64,000 nucleotides of DNA. It comes from Waddliaceae bacterium (GTDB taxonomy: Bacteria > Chlamydiota > Chlamydiia > Chlamydiales > SLFE01). Under the pieces are notes generated by a model, which saw only the letters and a program-made list of their open reading frames with translations, was not told where the DNA came from and ran no database searches. The stretch lies in contig CAWAPJ010000043.1 in the NCBI GenBank assembly GCA_963783885.1, positions 1-64,000 of the forward strand, written 5' to 3'. Shown here piece after piece: positions 19,745 through 27,312 of the stretch. Every line of letters begins with the position of its first letter. Position 1 is the stretch's first letter. A program made the translations under genes and the position numbers.

Positions 19745-20263
19745 ATGTATCGATATGTCGTTATCAACAAGTATTTTGAAAATATGAATTTTTGGAATAA
19801 CCTTCACAAAAGGAAGATAGGTTCAACTTTATCCACTGAAGAAATCATACAAAGGTATAATGGATTCGAGGGCGAGTTATTACAGATGGCTTTGCATAAG
19901 AAAGATTTAGCAAGGCTTGAAACTTTATTTGACCCAGATAAAAATCTATTACTTTATGTTTTTTCCGATTCTGAGATATTTGAAAAAAAGGATGTACAGA
20001 ACCTATCCTTAGTAGGTCATGAATATGGAGTTTGTGAAGAAGGTTGTACAATTTTTTCTTCAATATTTAATGAAATCTTATTTGGAATAAATAGTAATCT
20101 GAGACAGTTTTATGAGTCTTTAAACGGCAATCTATTATTCCCCGATTATGAACTTGCTCTAAATTATGCTAAAGTTCACAAACAATTTCACCAACAAGGA
20201 AAAGATATTGAGTGTCCTTCAAATATGAAAGTTTATCAAATATGGAAGCCTATCTTTATTTAG
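19745..20263 (+). CDS. Hypothetical protein, probable immunity protein of a second family
   Basis: AT-rich ORF inside the toxin/immunity array, unrelated to the AYDxE family; start 19745 or 19727. Confidence 0.55.
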   Translation: MYRYVVINKYFENMNFWNNLHKRKIGSTLSTEEIIQRYNGFEGELLQMALHKKDLARLETLFDPDKNLLLYVFSDSEIFEKKDVQNLSLVGHEYGVCEEGCTIFSSIFNEILFGINSNLRQFYESLNGNLLFPDYELALNYAKVHKQFHQQGKDIECPSNMKVYQIWKPIFI

Positions 20264-20387
20264 TGGGCAGAGCTTCCTGCTTTGCTTATGAAAATACTCA
20301 ATACGTAGAAGATTGGGCGAATGATTTGTTGACTTATGATCTTGAAAACCTTCCAGCTAAATGCATTCCTAACTCACAGGATAATTC

Positions 20388-21053
20388 ATGAAAAAATGGA
20401 CGTTAAATTACACGACGGCATGGCCATATTTTAAAGATCACATAGAATGGGGAAATTCACTATCAAGATTTCTTATAGAAAAAATTGATTTTAAAAAGGG
20501 ACACTTTTTTACAATACTTCCAGAAGATGCTCAAATTGAAAATATTGAGGATCTACGTTCTGGAGGAATTCTTCTACAACCACCTTTGAAGAAGTCTCCA
20601 AGCAATAAAGGATATTGGCAATTAATACCTACAACTGTTGACTCGATGACAGAATTCATAAAAAAATGTTTGAAACAAAATAACCGTCGTTATGGTTTGG
20701 CAGAGGATGTGTGTTACGGTCCAAATGATAAATTAGTCATTGAGTCAACTGTAGAATATCTACTTTATGATAAAGAGGTTTATTACTTTCTTCAAAAAAA
20801 ATTATCAAAAGAAGAAATTAAAAAAACTATCAGAAGAGCTAATGCAACTTACCATTTACTCATTGTTTTGTGCGAAGGCGAAAAATTTAATAATAAAGGT
20901 CTTCAATTCAGCAATTTTGAACAGATTGCACGAGATGCCATATACATAATTGGTAGTGCTTACGACCGGGAATCATATATAGTTTGGAAAAACGATGACA
21001 AACTCGATCCAAATATGGAGAATTTCTTTCAGGAAACGGGACATCAAAAGTGA
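20388..21053 (+). CDS. Putative immunity protein (paralogue 5)
   Basis: Intact near-duplicate of 17280-17945; IIGSAYDRESYIVW. Confidence 0.75.
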   Translation: MKKWTLNYTTAWPYFKDHIEWGNSLSRFLIEKIDFKKGHFFTILPEDAQIENIEDLRSGGILLQPPLKKSPSNKGYWQLIPTTVDSMTEFIKKCLKQNNRRYGLAEDVCYGPNDKLVIESTVEYLLYDKEVYYFLQKKLSKEEIKKTIRRANATYHLLIVLCEGEKFNNKGLQFSNFEQIARDAIYIIGSAYDRESYIVWKNDDKLDPNMENFFQETGHQK

Positions 21054-21147
21054 AAATCAAATATATTTACGGGCCTATCACAGGGCCACATTGGGACTTT
21101 TTTGGTCCTTTCTAAGATGCTAAATTATATTCAGGAGGTGTTTGGAT

Positions 21148-21786
21148 ATGGAATTAAAAATAAATAAACATAAGCTAGATCCAAAGAAAACTATACCTTT
21201 TTTTGTAGATAATATTCGTTGTGGAAATGCTTTATCCGAAGAAGTTATTAAAGCCATTGATTTTGAGAAAGGGGAATTTTTTACATTTCTGCCAAGTAAC
21301 GCAGAAATAGATCGAATCTATAATTTTAAATGGGGAGGAATATTTCCAAACGCATTTCAAAGCTTAGAAAGCTGTTCTGGAATCAAAGATCAACCTCGCA
21401 TTGAGCGGAAAACTGGTATATCAGATCAGTTCCATGTTGATTTTATTAAAAATTATTTAATCGAAAGTAGAAAAAGGCTTATGATTATTGATAGTTTTAA
21501 TGAACAGCCTGATGATCCTCATCTAGGAATAGAAAATGTAAATATGTTTTCATATAAAAATGAAATTTATTATGCTTTGGACAACAAAAATGGTAGAGAA
21601 GAAATCGATGAGGCACTTTGTGTAGCAGATCTCATTTGGCATTCTTTAATATTGCTAGTCGATGACTTTTATATGCCGCCTTCACAGTTAGAATTTGAGA
21701 TATTTCCTCTAATTTGTTCGAAAATCAACTATATTATTGTTGGTGCATATGATCGTGAAGGTTATGTCTATTGGAAAAAGAAGTAG
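21148..21786 (+). CDS. Putative immunity protein (paralogue 6)
   Basis: AGGAGG RBS at 21133; CGNALS, IDFEKGEFFTFLP, FKWGGI, IVGAYDREGYVYW. Confidence 0.72.
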   Translation: MELKINKHKLDPKKTIPFFVDNIRCGNALSEEVIKAIDFEKGEFFTFLPSNAEIDRIYNFKWGGIFPNAFQSLESCSGIKDQPRIERKTGISDQFHVDFIKNYLIESRKRLMIIDSFNEQPDDPHLGIENVNMFSYKNEIYYALDNKNGREEIDEALCVADLIWHSLILLVDDFYMPPSQLEFEIFPLICSKINYIIVGAYDREGYVYWKKK

Positions 21787-21827
21787 TTCAGGTAAAAGAG
21801 CCTCGTTACCATGATTCTCTCACTTAA

Positions 21828-21934
21828 GATTTCGGACATGATCATGGTGGAGGAGATCCTCATGCTCATGAATGGAATTGGAGCGCAAATCCCCCAAGAA
21901 GACCCCTGGAAGGCCCATTAGACCAGGAAAATAA
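21828..21934 (+). pseudogene. Remnant of a different His-rich toxin tip (Ntox24-like)
   Basis: Reads DFGHDHGGGDPHAHEWNWSANPPRRP, then after a frameshift GRPIRPGK*, directly before the next ORF. Confidence 0.55.
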
Positions 21935-21935
21935 T

Positions 21936-22391
21936 ATGACCTACTCTACGACAACAGATGGTTTGAGTGTTTATCTTGTTTTAGAAAGTTTGTTAAAAAG
22001 CAGAGAATTTGTTTCTGTTTTAAGAAGTGTTGATAGTAGCAGAGGAGTTGACGAATTAGTAAAAATAATGTCGTTTCGTGGATTGAAATATGAAATTATA
22101 AATAATAACATTTGCATTACTTTTAACGTATTAAAGGATTTCATAGAAAAAAGATTGTTCTCTGGGTTTGATGAAGTTTGGTTATTTTCCAAACAGTTTC
22201 CTTCTATTTGCCTCGAGGATGTACCGTATTCAACTGGCGATGCAATGTTTGGCAAGAAGGATTTGGATCCTAAAACGCTTGAAATTTTCGAGAAAGTGGA
22301 TTGTGATCTCTTATTGGCCGATGGCGTAGATTTGTGTTTTGCAGCTCGAGAGAAAGCTCTATTTGATTATGTACTTGCACTAAAAGTCTGA
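21936..22391 (+). CDS. Hypothetical protein, probable immunity partner of the preceding toxin remnant
   Basis: 151-aa ORF starting right after the remnant's stop; FSGFDEVWLF and LLLADGVDL motifs. Confidence 0.55.
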   Translation: MTYSTTTDGLSVYLVLESLLKSREFVSVLRSVDSSRGVDELVKIMSFRGLKYEIINNNICITFNVLKDFIEKRLFSGFDEVWLFSKQFPSICLEDVPYSTGDAMFGKKDLDPKTLEIFEKVDCDLLLADGVDLCFAAREKALFDYVLALKV

Positions 22392-22649
22392 TGATAATGA
22401 CTAATGTTTAGGAAATTCAAGCATGTCTAAGGCCTAATCCTAGATCGGATAATGAGACAGGTTGGCTTTGATTTCTTTATTTTGAACGATAATCAGCGGA
22501 AAATCCTCAATTATAGCAATCTTTCAGATTTGGCAGAGATGTGTCTTGATTTGGGGGCGAATGAGAGCAAAAGGTATCGAGCCCCTTCTGAGGCGATCTT
22601 CATATTTGGTTCAATCTTCTTAGGAAAGGTAGATCGATGTTGTCTGTCC

Positions 22650-22999
22650 AATCAGTCTGTCGATAGGGTAGGGAGAACACGATCTTGATGATCATTGCGC
22701 AGAGGATAGCTTGATCTGAGTAGGTATTCGGTCTACCTTTTAAAGATTCAGGACGAGTTGCAAGTCAAGAATTAACTGTATCCTCAGTAACCTAAACAGT
22801 AAGACTTCCTCTTAATTTCAGACTTTTGTTATACTCAGACCAGTTACCAACTCGGTAATTTGTCATTTTAGACTCCTTATGGTTATAGCGACTAAGGAGT
22901 CTATTTTACTTTTTATTGATAATCAATGATTTATTGAAAATTTTCTGAAGAGCCTCAGCAAGCGAATAGACTCTTGAGAGGCGACTTACGCAACTAAGC
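22650..22999 (-). mobile_element. Truncated IS5-family (IS903-group) element with a decayed transposase N-terminus
   Basis: From ATG 22866: MTNYRVGNWSEYNKSLKLRGSLTV*VTEDTVNS*...GRPNTYSDQAILCAMIIKIVFSLPYRQT; candidate left end GCTTAGTTGCGTAAG at 22999-22985; inner boundary approximate. Confidence 0.8.
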
Positions 23000-23182
23000 A
23001 GCGCGATTAGAGAACAAGGCCAATTTTGCAACATTTATCAAAACTAAAAAATTTGCAAATTTGACTGTCCCAAAATGGATTACTCTATCCAAATGAAACT
23101 TAACATATTGAATGAGTCCTGAAGGTGCAGCAATGCAAGGTAAAGCATATGAACAGCCCCTTGAATTTGATTACCAGTTCTT

Positions 23183-23296
23183 TATGAAATCAGAAATGTT
23201 GAAATGATGCGCTTTTGACAATTACAGGAGAGTTACACAAAAATTCTGTTGATCTGCAAAACGGTTGTTTCTCAACATTTCTGATCTCTTCTCTCT
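23183..23296. repeat. MITE-like dispersed repeat, copy B (inverted relative to copy A)
   Basis: TTTTGACAATTACAGGAGAGTTACACAAAA...GCAAAACGGTTGTTTCTC matches the reverse complement of the copy A core. Confidence 0.8.
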
Positions 23297-23317
23297 AAAG
23301 CGGAGTCGCCCTAATAT

Positions 23318-23362
23318 TGACACAATATTGTGTCATTATAATATTGACACAATATTGTGTCA
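23318..23362. repeat. Two perfect 18-bp palindromes TGACACAATATTGTGTCA, 27-bp period
   Basis: Copies at 23318-23335 and 23345-23362. Confidence 0.95.
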
Positions 23363-23372
23363 GAATTATCTT
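23344..23372 (+). promoter_or_regulatory. Candidate sigma70/sigma66 promoter of the hip module, overlapping the second palindrome
   Basis: TTGACA (23344-23349), 17-nt spacer, TATCTT (23367-23372). Confidence 0.5.
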
Positions 23373-23404
23373 GGAATTAGATGGCGAAAAAAATGGAGTT
23401 GATA

Positions 23405-24298
23405 ATGACATTAATATGTTTGAAATGTGGTCTCAAAATTGAAAAAAGTAAGGAGCGGTATGGATTGCATGTGGAGTGTTTCTTAGATTGGTTTGGCCTA
23501 AAGGAAATTGAAGAATTTTCCGATATTTATTCAAGATCATTGTCTCAAAGTCAAGGCAAACAGATCAATTCGAGTTTTTTCCATGGAAAATTTCGCAAAT
23601 ATTCTGCCCGTCTCGGAGGAGATAGTTACATTTTAAAAGTACAACAAAATGAATATCCTGAATTGCCTGCAACTGAGTTTATTAGCAATCAAATATTTGT
23701 AGCTTTAGGGATACAGGTTCCTCAACATTATTTAGTTCGGTTCAATGAAGAAGAACTTTGTTTTGTTACAAAAAATTTTATTTCCAACTCAAATCCTGCA
23801 ACTCTTGTTCATATGTATCATTTTGTCGAAAGCGGCGAAGAATATAATTGTGAAAATCTCGTTAGAATTATTGGTGAAAAGACAGGAAGAAGAATAGATC
23901 AAGAAAAATTTGCCTTTTTGACTTTAGTAGACAGCCTCATCGGAAATAATGATCGCCATGGACGAAATTTAGGATTTATTCAAAACTCCAAAAGGATGCG
24001 GTTGGCTCCTTTTTATGATAATCCTTCCGCACTGGGAGTCGAAGAGGCCACATTTTTAGGTGCGGATCTCCAACCTAGAGGAGCTATTTATACGAAGCGA
24101 TCAAACGAACCGACTATAAATGATTATATTCTTGAATGGCAGAGACTAGGTTTTGGAAAAGTTGTTGAAGAGCTTAAAGATAAATTAATACTTGAAAATA
24201 TCACAGAAATTATCAACAAAAGCCCTTTGAGCAAGAAACGGAAAGAAGCATTTTTGAGGCTTATTACCTATAGGAGTCAACAATTATGCGCCAATTAA
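23405..24298 (+). CDS. HipA-family Ser/Thr kinase toxin lacking the HipA N-subdomain (HipT-like)
   Basis: N-terminal CLKC...HVEC; SFFHGKFRKYS, YILK, PATE, LIGNNDRHGRN, RLAPFYD; GGAG RBS favours 23405 over 23381. Confidence 0.85.
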   Translation: MTLICLKCGLKIEKSKERYGLHVECFLDWFGLKEIEEFSDIYSRSLSQSQGKQINSSFFHGKFRKYSARLGGDSYILKVQQNEYPELPATEFISNQIFVALGIQVPQHYLVRFNEEELCFVTKNFISNSNPATLVHMYHFVESGEEYNCENLVRIIGEKTGRRIDQEKFAFLTLVDSLIGNNDRHGRNLGFIQNSKRMRLAPFYDNPSALGVEEATFLGADLQPRGAIYTKRSNEPTINDYILEWQRLGFGKVVEELKDKLILENITEIINKSPLSKKRKEAFLRLITYRSQQLCAN

Positions 24299-24921
24299 AA
24301 ATTATTGGAGTGTTTGTATTTCTTGAAAAGCGCAAAACAAGAACGCTTGTCGGTGAACTATTGAAACAAAATGGAGTATTTGTTTTTACCTATGATGAAA
24401 ATTATTTTAAAGCTGACAGTGTAATTCCACTAGGCCCTGAGTTTCCATTAACACAAAGAAAGTTTGAGTCCAAAAAACTTTTTCCTTCGCTTGAAGATAG
24501 AATTCCTTCATCTCATAATCCTGCTTATATTGAATATTGTCAATTTATGGGCATTGATCCTAAAGAGAAAGATGAGCTTGTTCTACTTAGTACAATTGGG
24601 AGAAAAGGTCCCTCATCTTTTATTTTTTATCCAAATTATGAACATGAAATTACCTTTAATAATGTGATTGAATTCAGAAAATCTTTGAATCTAACAACTA
24701 GGGAATTTGCCCATGTTTTTGATCTATCTCAAGCAAGTCTGAATGCATTAGAAAGAAAGAGGATTTTGGGAAAAGAAATTTTAAAGAGGTTGGAAATATT
24801 TTACCACTTTCCATCTGTGGCAGCATCATATCTCATGATTAATGGCGGTTACCTGACTCATGATAAATTTAATGATGCAATAAGCGTCCTAAGAGATAAG
24901 GTTGAAGAAAAATACAACTAA
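24286..24921 (+). CDS. HipA N-terminal (HipS/Couple_hipA-like) domain fused to a C-terminal Xre-type HTH, putative antitoxin
   Basis: VGEL....GVFVFTYDENY.....PLGPEFPL....ESKKLFPSLEDRIP; then VIEFRKSLNLTTREFAHVFDLSQASLNALE; overlaps the kinase stop. Confidence 0.8.
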   Translation: MRQLKIIGVFVFLEKRKTRTLVGELLKQNGVFVFTYDENYFKADSVIPLGPEFPLTQRKFESKKLFPSLEDRIPSSHNPAYIEYCQFMGIDPKEKDELVLLSTIGRKGPSSFIFYPNYEHEITFNNVIEFRKSLNLTTREFAHVFDLSQASLNALERKRILGKEILKRLEIFYHFPSVAASYLMINGGYLTHDKFNDAISVLRDKVEEKYN

Positions 24922-24938
24922 GAACAGTAAGAAAGAAG

Positions 24939-25010
24939 TGACATAATATTGTGTCAGCTTAATATTGACACAATATTGTGTCAGCTTAATATTGACACAA
25001 TATTGTGTCA
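24939..25010. repeat. Three copies of the 18-bp palindrome TGACACAATATTGTGTCA, 27-bp period
   Basis: 24939-24956 (one mismatch), 24966-24983, 24993-25010; identical spacers GCTTAATAT. Confidence 0.95.
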
Positions 25011-25072
25011 TGTTCTGTTTCTCTAAGGTTTCTAGCCTACATTTCTGATTTCATATCTCTGATCTCTGCTCT

Positions 25073-25915
25073 CTAAAGCGGCGGCAGGACATGCACAAGC
25101 GCAAGCTCTTCGATGTTTTCGGCTGTCGGGGATGCTTCGATCTCGTAGTAGTAGTCGCCTTCTCTTAATGACTGGATTTTTGTGACCTTTGCAACATGGA
25201 GGCCGGCGGGAAAAACGCCGTCCATTCCCGTTGTGACCAGAAGGTCCCCTATTTTCAGGATGGCCGGATCCGAGCGGAGGTCTCTTGCGGGGCTGAATTC
25301 ATCGTCGTAATCGTAATTAAAGCCGTCGCCGATGAGAGTGCTTCCGCGGGAGCGCCACATGGTTTTGGCGCTTCCGTGAAGTTCTCCTTTCGCCAGGTAA
25401 AGGGGCTCGCCTGAGCTGTCTGTGCGCTGGGCCCTCACTGATGGGGTGAGCTCAGGATCGGTTATCAGCCGCACAAGGGAACGGTTGGATTGAACGGTTT
25501 CGACAACTCCGATAAGCGATTTTCCCAAAACGACAGGACTGTTTTTGGCTACGATTGTTTTATTAAGTTTTTGATTGTCTTTTTCGCCGACGTTGATCCA
25601 AAGCGAGCTGTTCCAGGAAATAGGACAGCGATAGATGACGCTGGCAGAGAGTGCCTCGATATCATGATCCAGCTCGTGGCGGGTCAAATCCTTATACTGT
25701 GAGATCCTGTCTTTTAGGAGAAGATTTTCCAGCTCAAGTCTGGCGATTGTCTCTTCGGCCTCGCCTTGCCGGCTTACCTGAAAAAGACTCCAAAGAGGTT
25801 TAACAAGAGCGATGGTGAGACCCTGGAGTTTTTGCGACGAGTAAATTGAGAGGCTGAGTAAAAAAACGAGTGAGAGAGATATCAGTAAAATTGATCGGGT
25901 TGTGATCTTTTTCAT
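25073..25915 (-). CDS. mreC: Rod shape-determining protein MreC
   Basis: N-terminal TM and coiled coil; ASVIYR.P.SW...LWINVG, GLVTTG-like LLVTTGMDGVFPAGLHVAKV. Confidence 0.88.
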   Translation of the reverse strand: MKKITTRSILLISLSLVFLLSLSIYSSQKLQGLTIALVKPLWSLFQVSRQGEAEETIARLELENLLLKDRISQYKDLTRHELDHDIEALSASVIYRCPISWNSSLWINVGEKDNQKLNKTIVAKNSPVVLGKSLIGVVETVQSNRSLVRLITDPELTPSVRAQRTDSSGEPLYLAKGELHGSAKTMWRSRGSTLIGDGFNYDYDDEFSPARDLRSDPAILKIGDLLVTTGMDGVFPAGLHVAKVTKIQSLREGDYYYEIEASPTAENIEELALVHVLPPL

Positions 25916-27096
25916 AATATGCTGGCGATGGCCTCTGCGGCAGTTTTTACGTTGTCTGGGTTCAATCCGGCTATATTGATCCTTCCGCTTGGAATCATAT
26001 AAACGGCGTGTTTGTCAATGAGGAGCTGCACTTCTTCGGGACTGAGCCCGAGGAGGGTAAACATTCCTTTTTGATGTTTAATAAACTCAAAATCAATGGG
26101 GCTTTCTAATGAACTTAGTTCATTGGCGAAGGCGTTTCTCATTTCGACGATTCTGTTTCTCATAGCCGCAAGCTCCCCTTGCCACTCTTCTGTAAGCTCA
26201 TGAGAATCAAGAATTGTCGAGACAATTCTCGCTCCTTGGAGGGGAGGTGACGAATAAATGCTCCTGATGGTTCTTTTAATATGCGAGGCAATTTTGGGAA
26301 GGTCTGCCGGGTCCGCAGCTAAAAATGCCAGGTGCCCGACCCGCTCGCCATAGAGTCCAAAGTTTTTTGCATGGGAAGTGGCGATGGCCATCTCGTGGCC
26401 GTCACCTGCGAATTGGCGGATAGCGAAGGCGTCGGTTTCCAGATTGTCTCCAAATCCTTGATAAGCCAGGTCGAAAAAGGGAAACAGCTCTTTTTCTTTA
26501 ATTAAGTGCGAGAGTTCTTTCCACTGCTCGGGGGATGGGTCCATGCCGGTGGGATTATGGCAGCTTCCATGAAGGATGATGATGCTTTTCGGAGGGGCTT
26601 CTTTAAGCGAGGCTTTCATAGCTTCAAAATCCAGTCTGTGGCCGCGATAATACGCGTATTCTTCTATCTGATAGCCGCATCTTGAAAAGATGAGGCGGTG
26701 GTTGCCCCATGTCGGGCGGGATAGATAGATTTTAGCTTCCGGACTTACGATTTTTAAAAATTCGCCTCCGATTTTAAGGGCTCCGCTTCCCCCGACGGTT
26801 TGCGCCGCGCAGGCCCTCTCTTTATGGGGAGAGTCTTCTCCAAGTATCAGATCGAGGGTTTTTTGCCGGTAAACTGCGTCGCCGTCAATTGGGAGGTATT
26901 CTTTGTTTAGATTTTTTTCTAAAAGGATTTTTTCAGCCTTTCTGACAACGTCTAAGACATGGGGGGTTCCCCTGGCGTCCCGATAGGCGCCCACTCCCAA
27001 ATTGACCTTGTTTTCCCTCTTATCTGCCGCAAACAGCGGAGGGATTCCGAGGATCGGGTCCGCGGGAAGCAGATCAATTTTGGAAAAGACAGACAT
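25912..27096 (-). CDS. aspC: Aspartate/aromatic amino acid aminotransferase (AspC/TyrB family)
   Basis: PADPILG, KVNLGVGAYRD, HNPTG, FDLAYQGF, SHAKNFGLYGERVG, SGRINIAGL. Confidence 0.9.
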   Translation of the reverse strand: MSVFSKIDLLPADPILGIPPLFAADKRENKVNLGVGAYRDARGTPHVLDVVRKAEKILLEKNLNKEYLPIDGDAVYRQKTLDLILGEDSPHKERACAAQTVGGSGALKIGGEFLKIVSPEAKIYLSRPTWGNHRLIFSRCGYQIEEYAYYRGHRLDFEAMKASLKEAPPKSIIILHGSCHNPTGMDPSPEQWKELSHLIKEKELFPFFDLAYQGFGDNLETDAFAIRQFAGDGHEMAIATSHAKNFGLYGERVGHLAFLAADPADLPKIASHIKRTIRSIYSSPPLQGARIVSTILDSHELTEEWQGELAAMRNRIVEMRNAFANELSSLESPIDFEFIKHQKGMFTLLGLSPEEVQLLIDKHAVYMIPSGRINIAGLNPDNVKTAAEAIASIL

Positions 27097-27312
27097 AAGG
27101 ACCGGCCAGGTAATATTTTTTTCAATAAAATCATAGGAAATTTTCTCTTTTTATTGTATAAAAACGTCATTGCGTATTAAAAATAGGACATACTTGACAA
27201 AAACCTCGACATATTCAATGATATTACCTACAAGTTTTGCACGCACAGGTAAGTTTTCTTACTCTATATTCTGGGTGGGGAACTTACTTTTTTTTCGACC
27301 CTATAAACAATT

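Noticed and set aside
22452..22688. 78-aa + strand ORF as an intact gene
   Set aside because: Its 3' end runs into the IS relic; probably a truncated fragment with no recognisable family.
17313..22800. Trp-position stop codons as evidence of TGA recoding
   Set aside because: One of the three is TAG, and TGA ends many clear genes here (wza, rfbC, topA, trpS), so these are ordinary nonsense changes.
23312..23362. 27-bp units as XerC/D dif-like sites
   Set aside because: No resemblance to the XerD arm or the 11-6-11 layout.
24939..25010. Palindrome arrays as a mini-CRISPR
   Set aside because: Spacers are only 9 nt and identical, repeats are 18 nt, and no cas genes are in the window.
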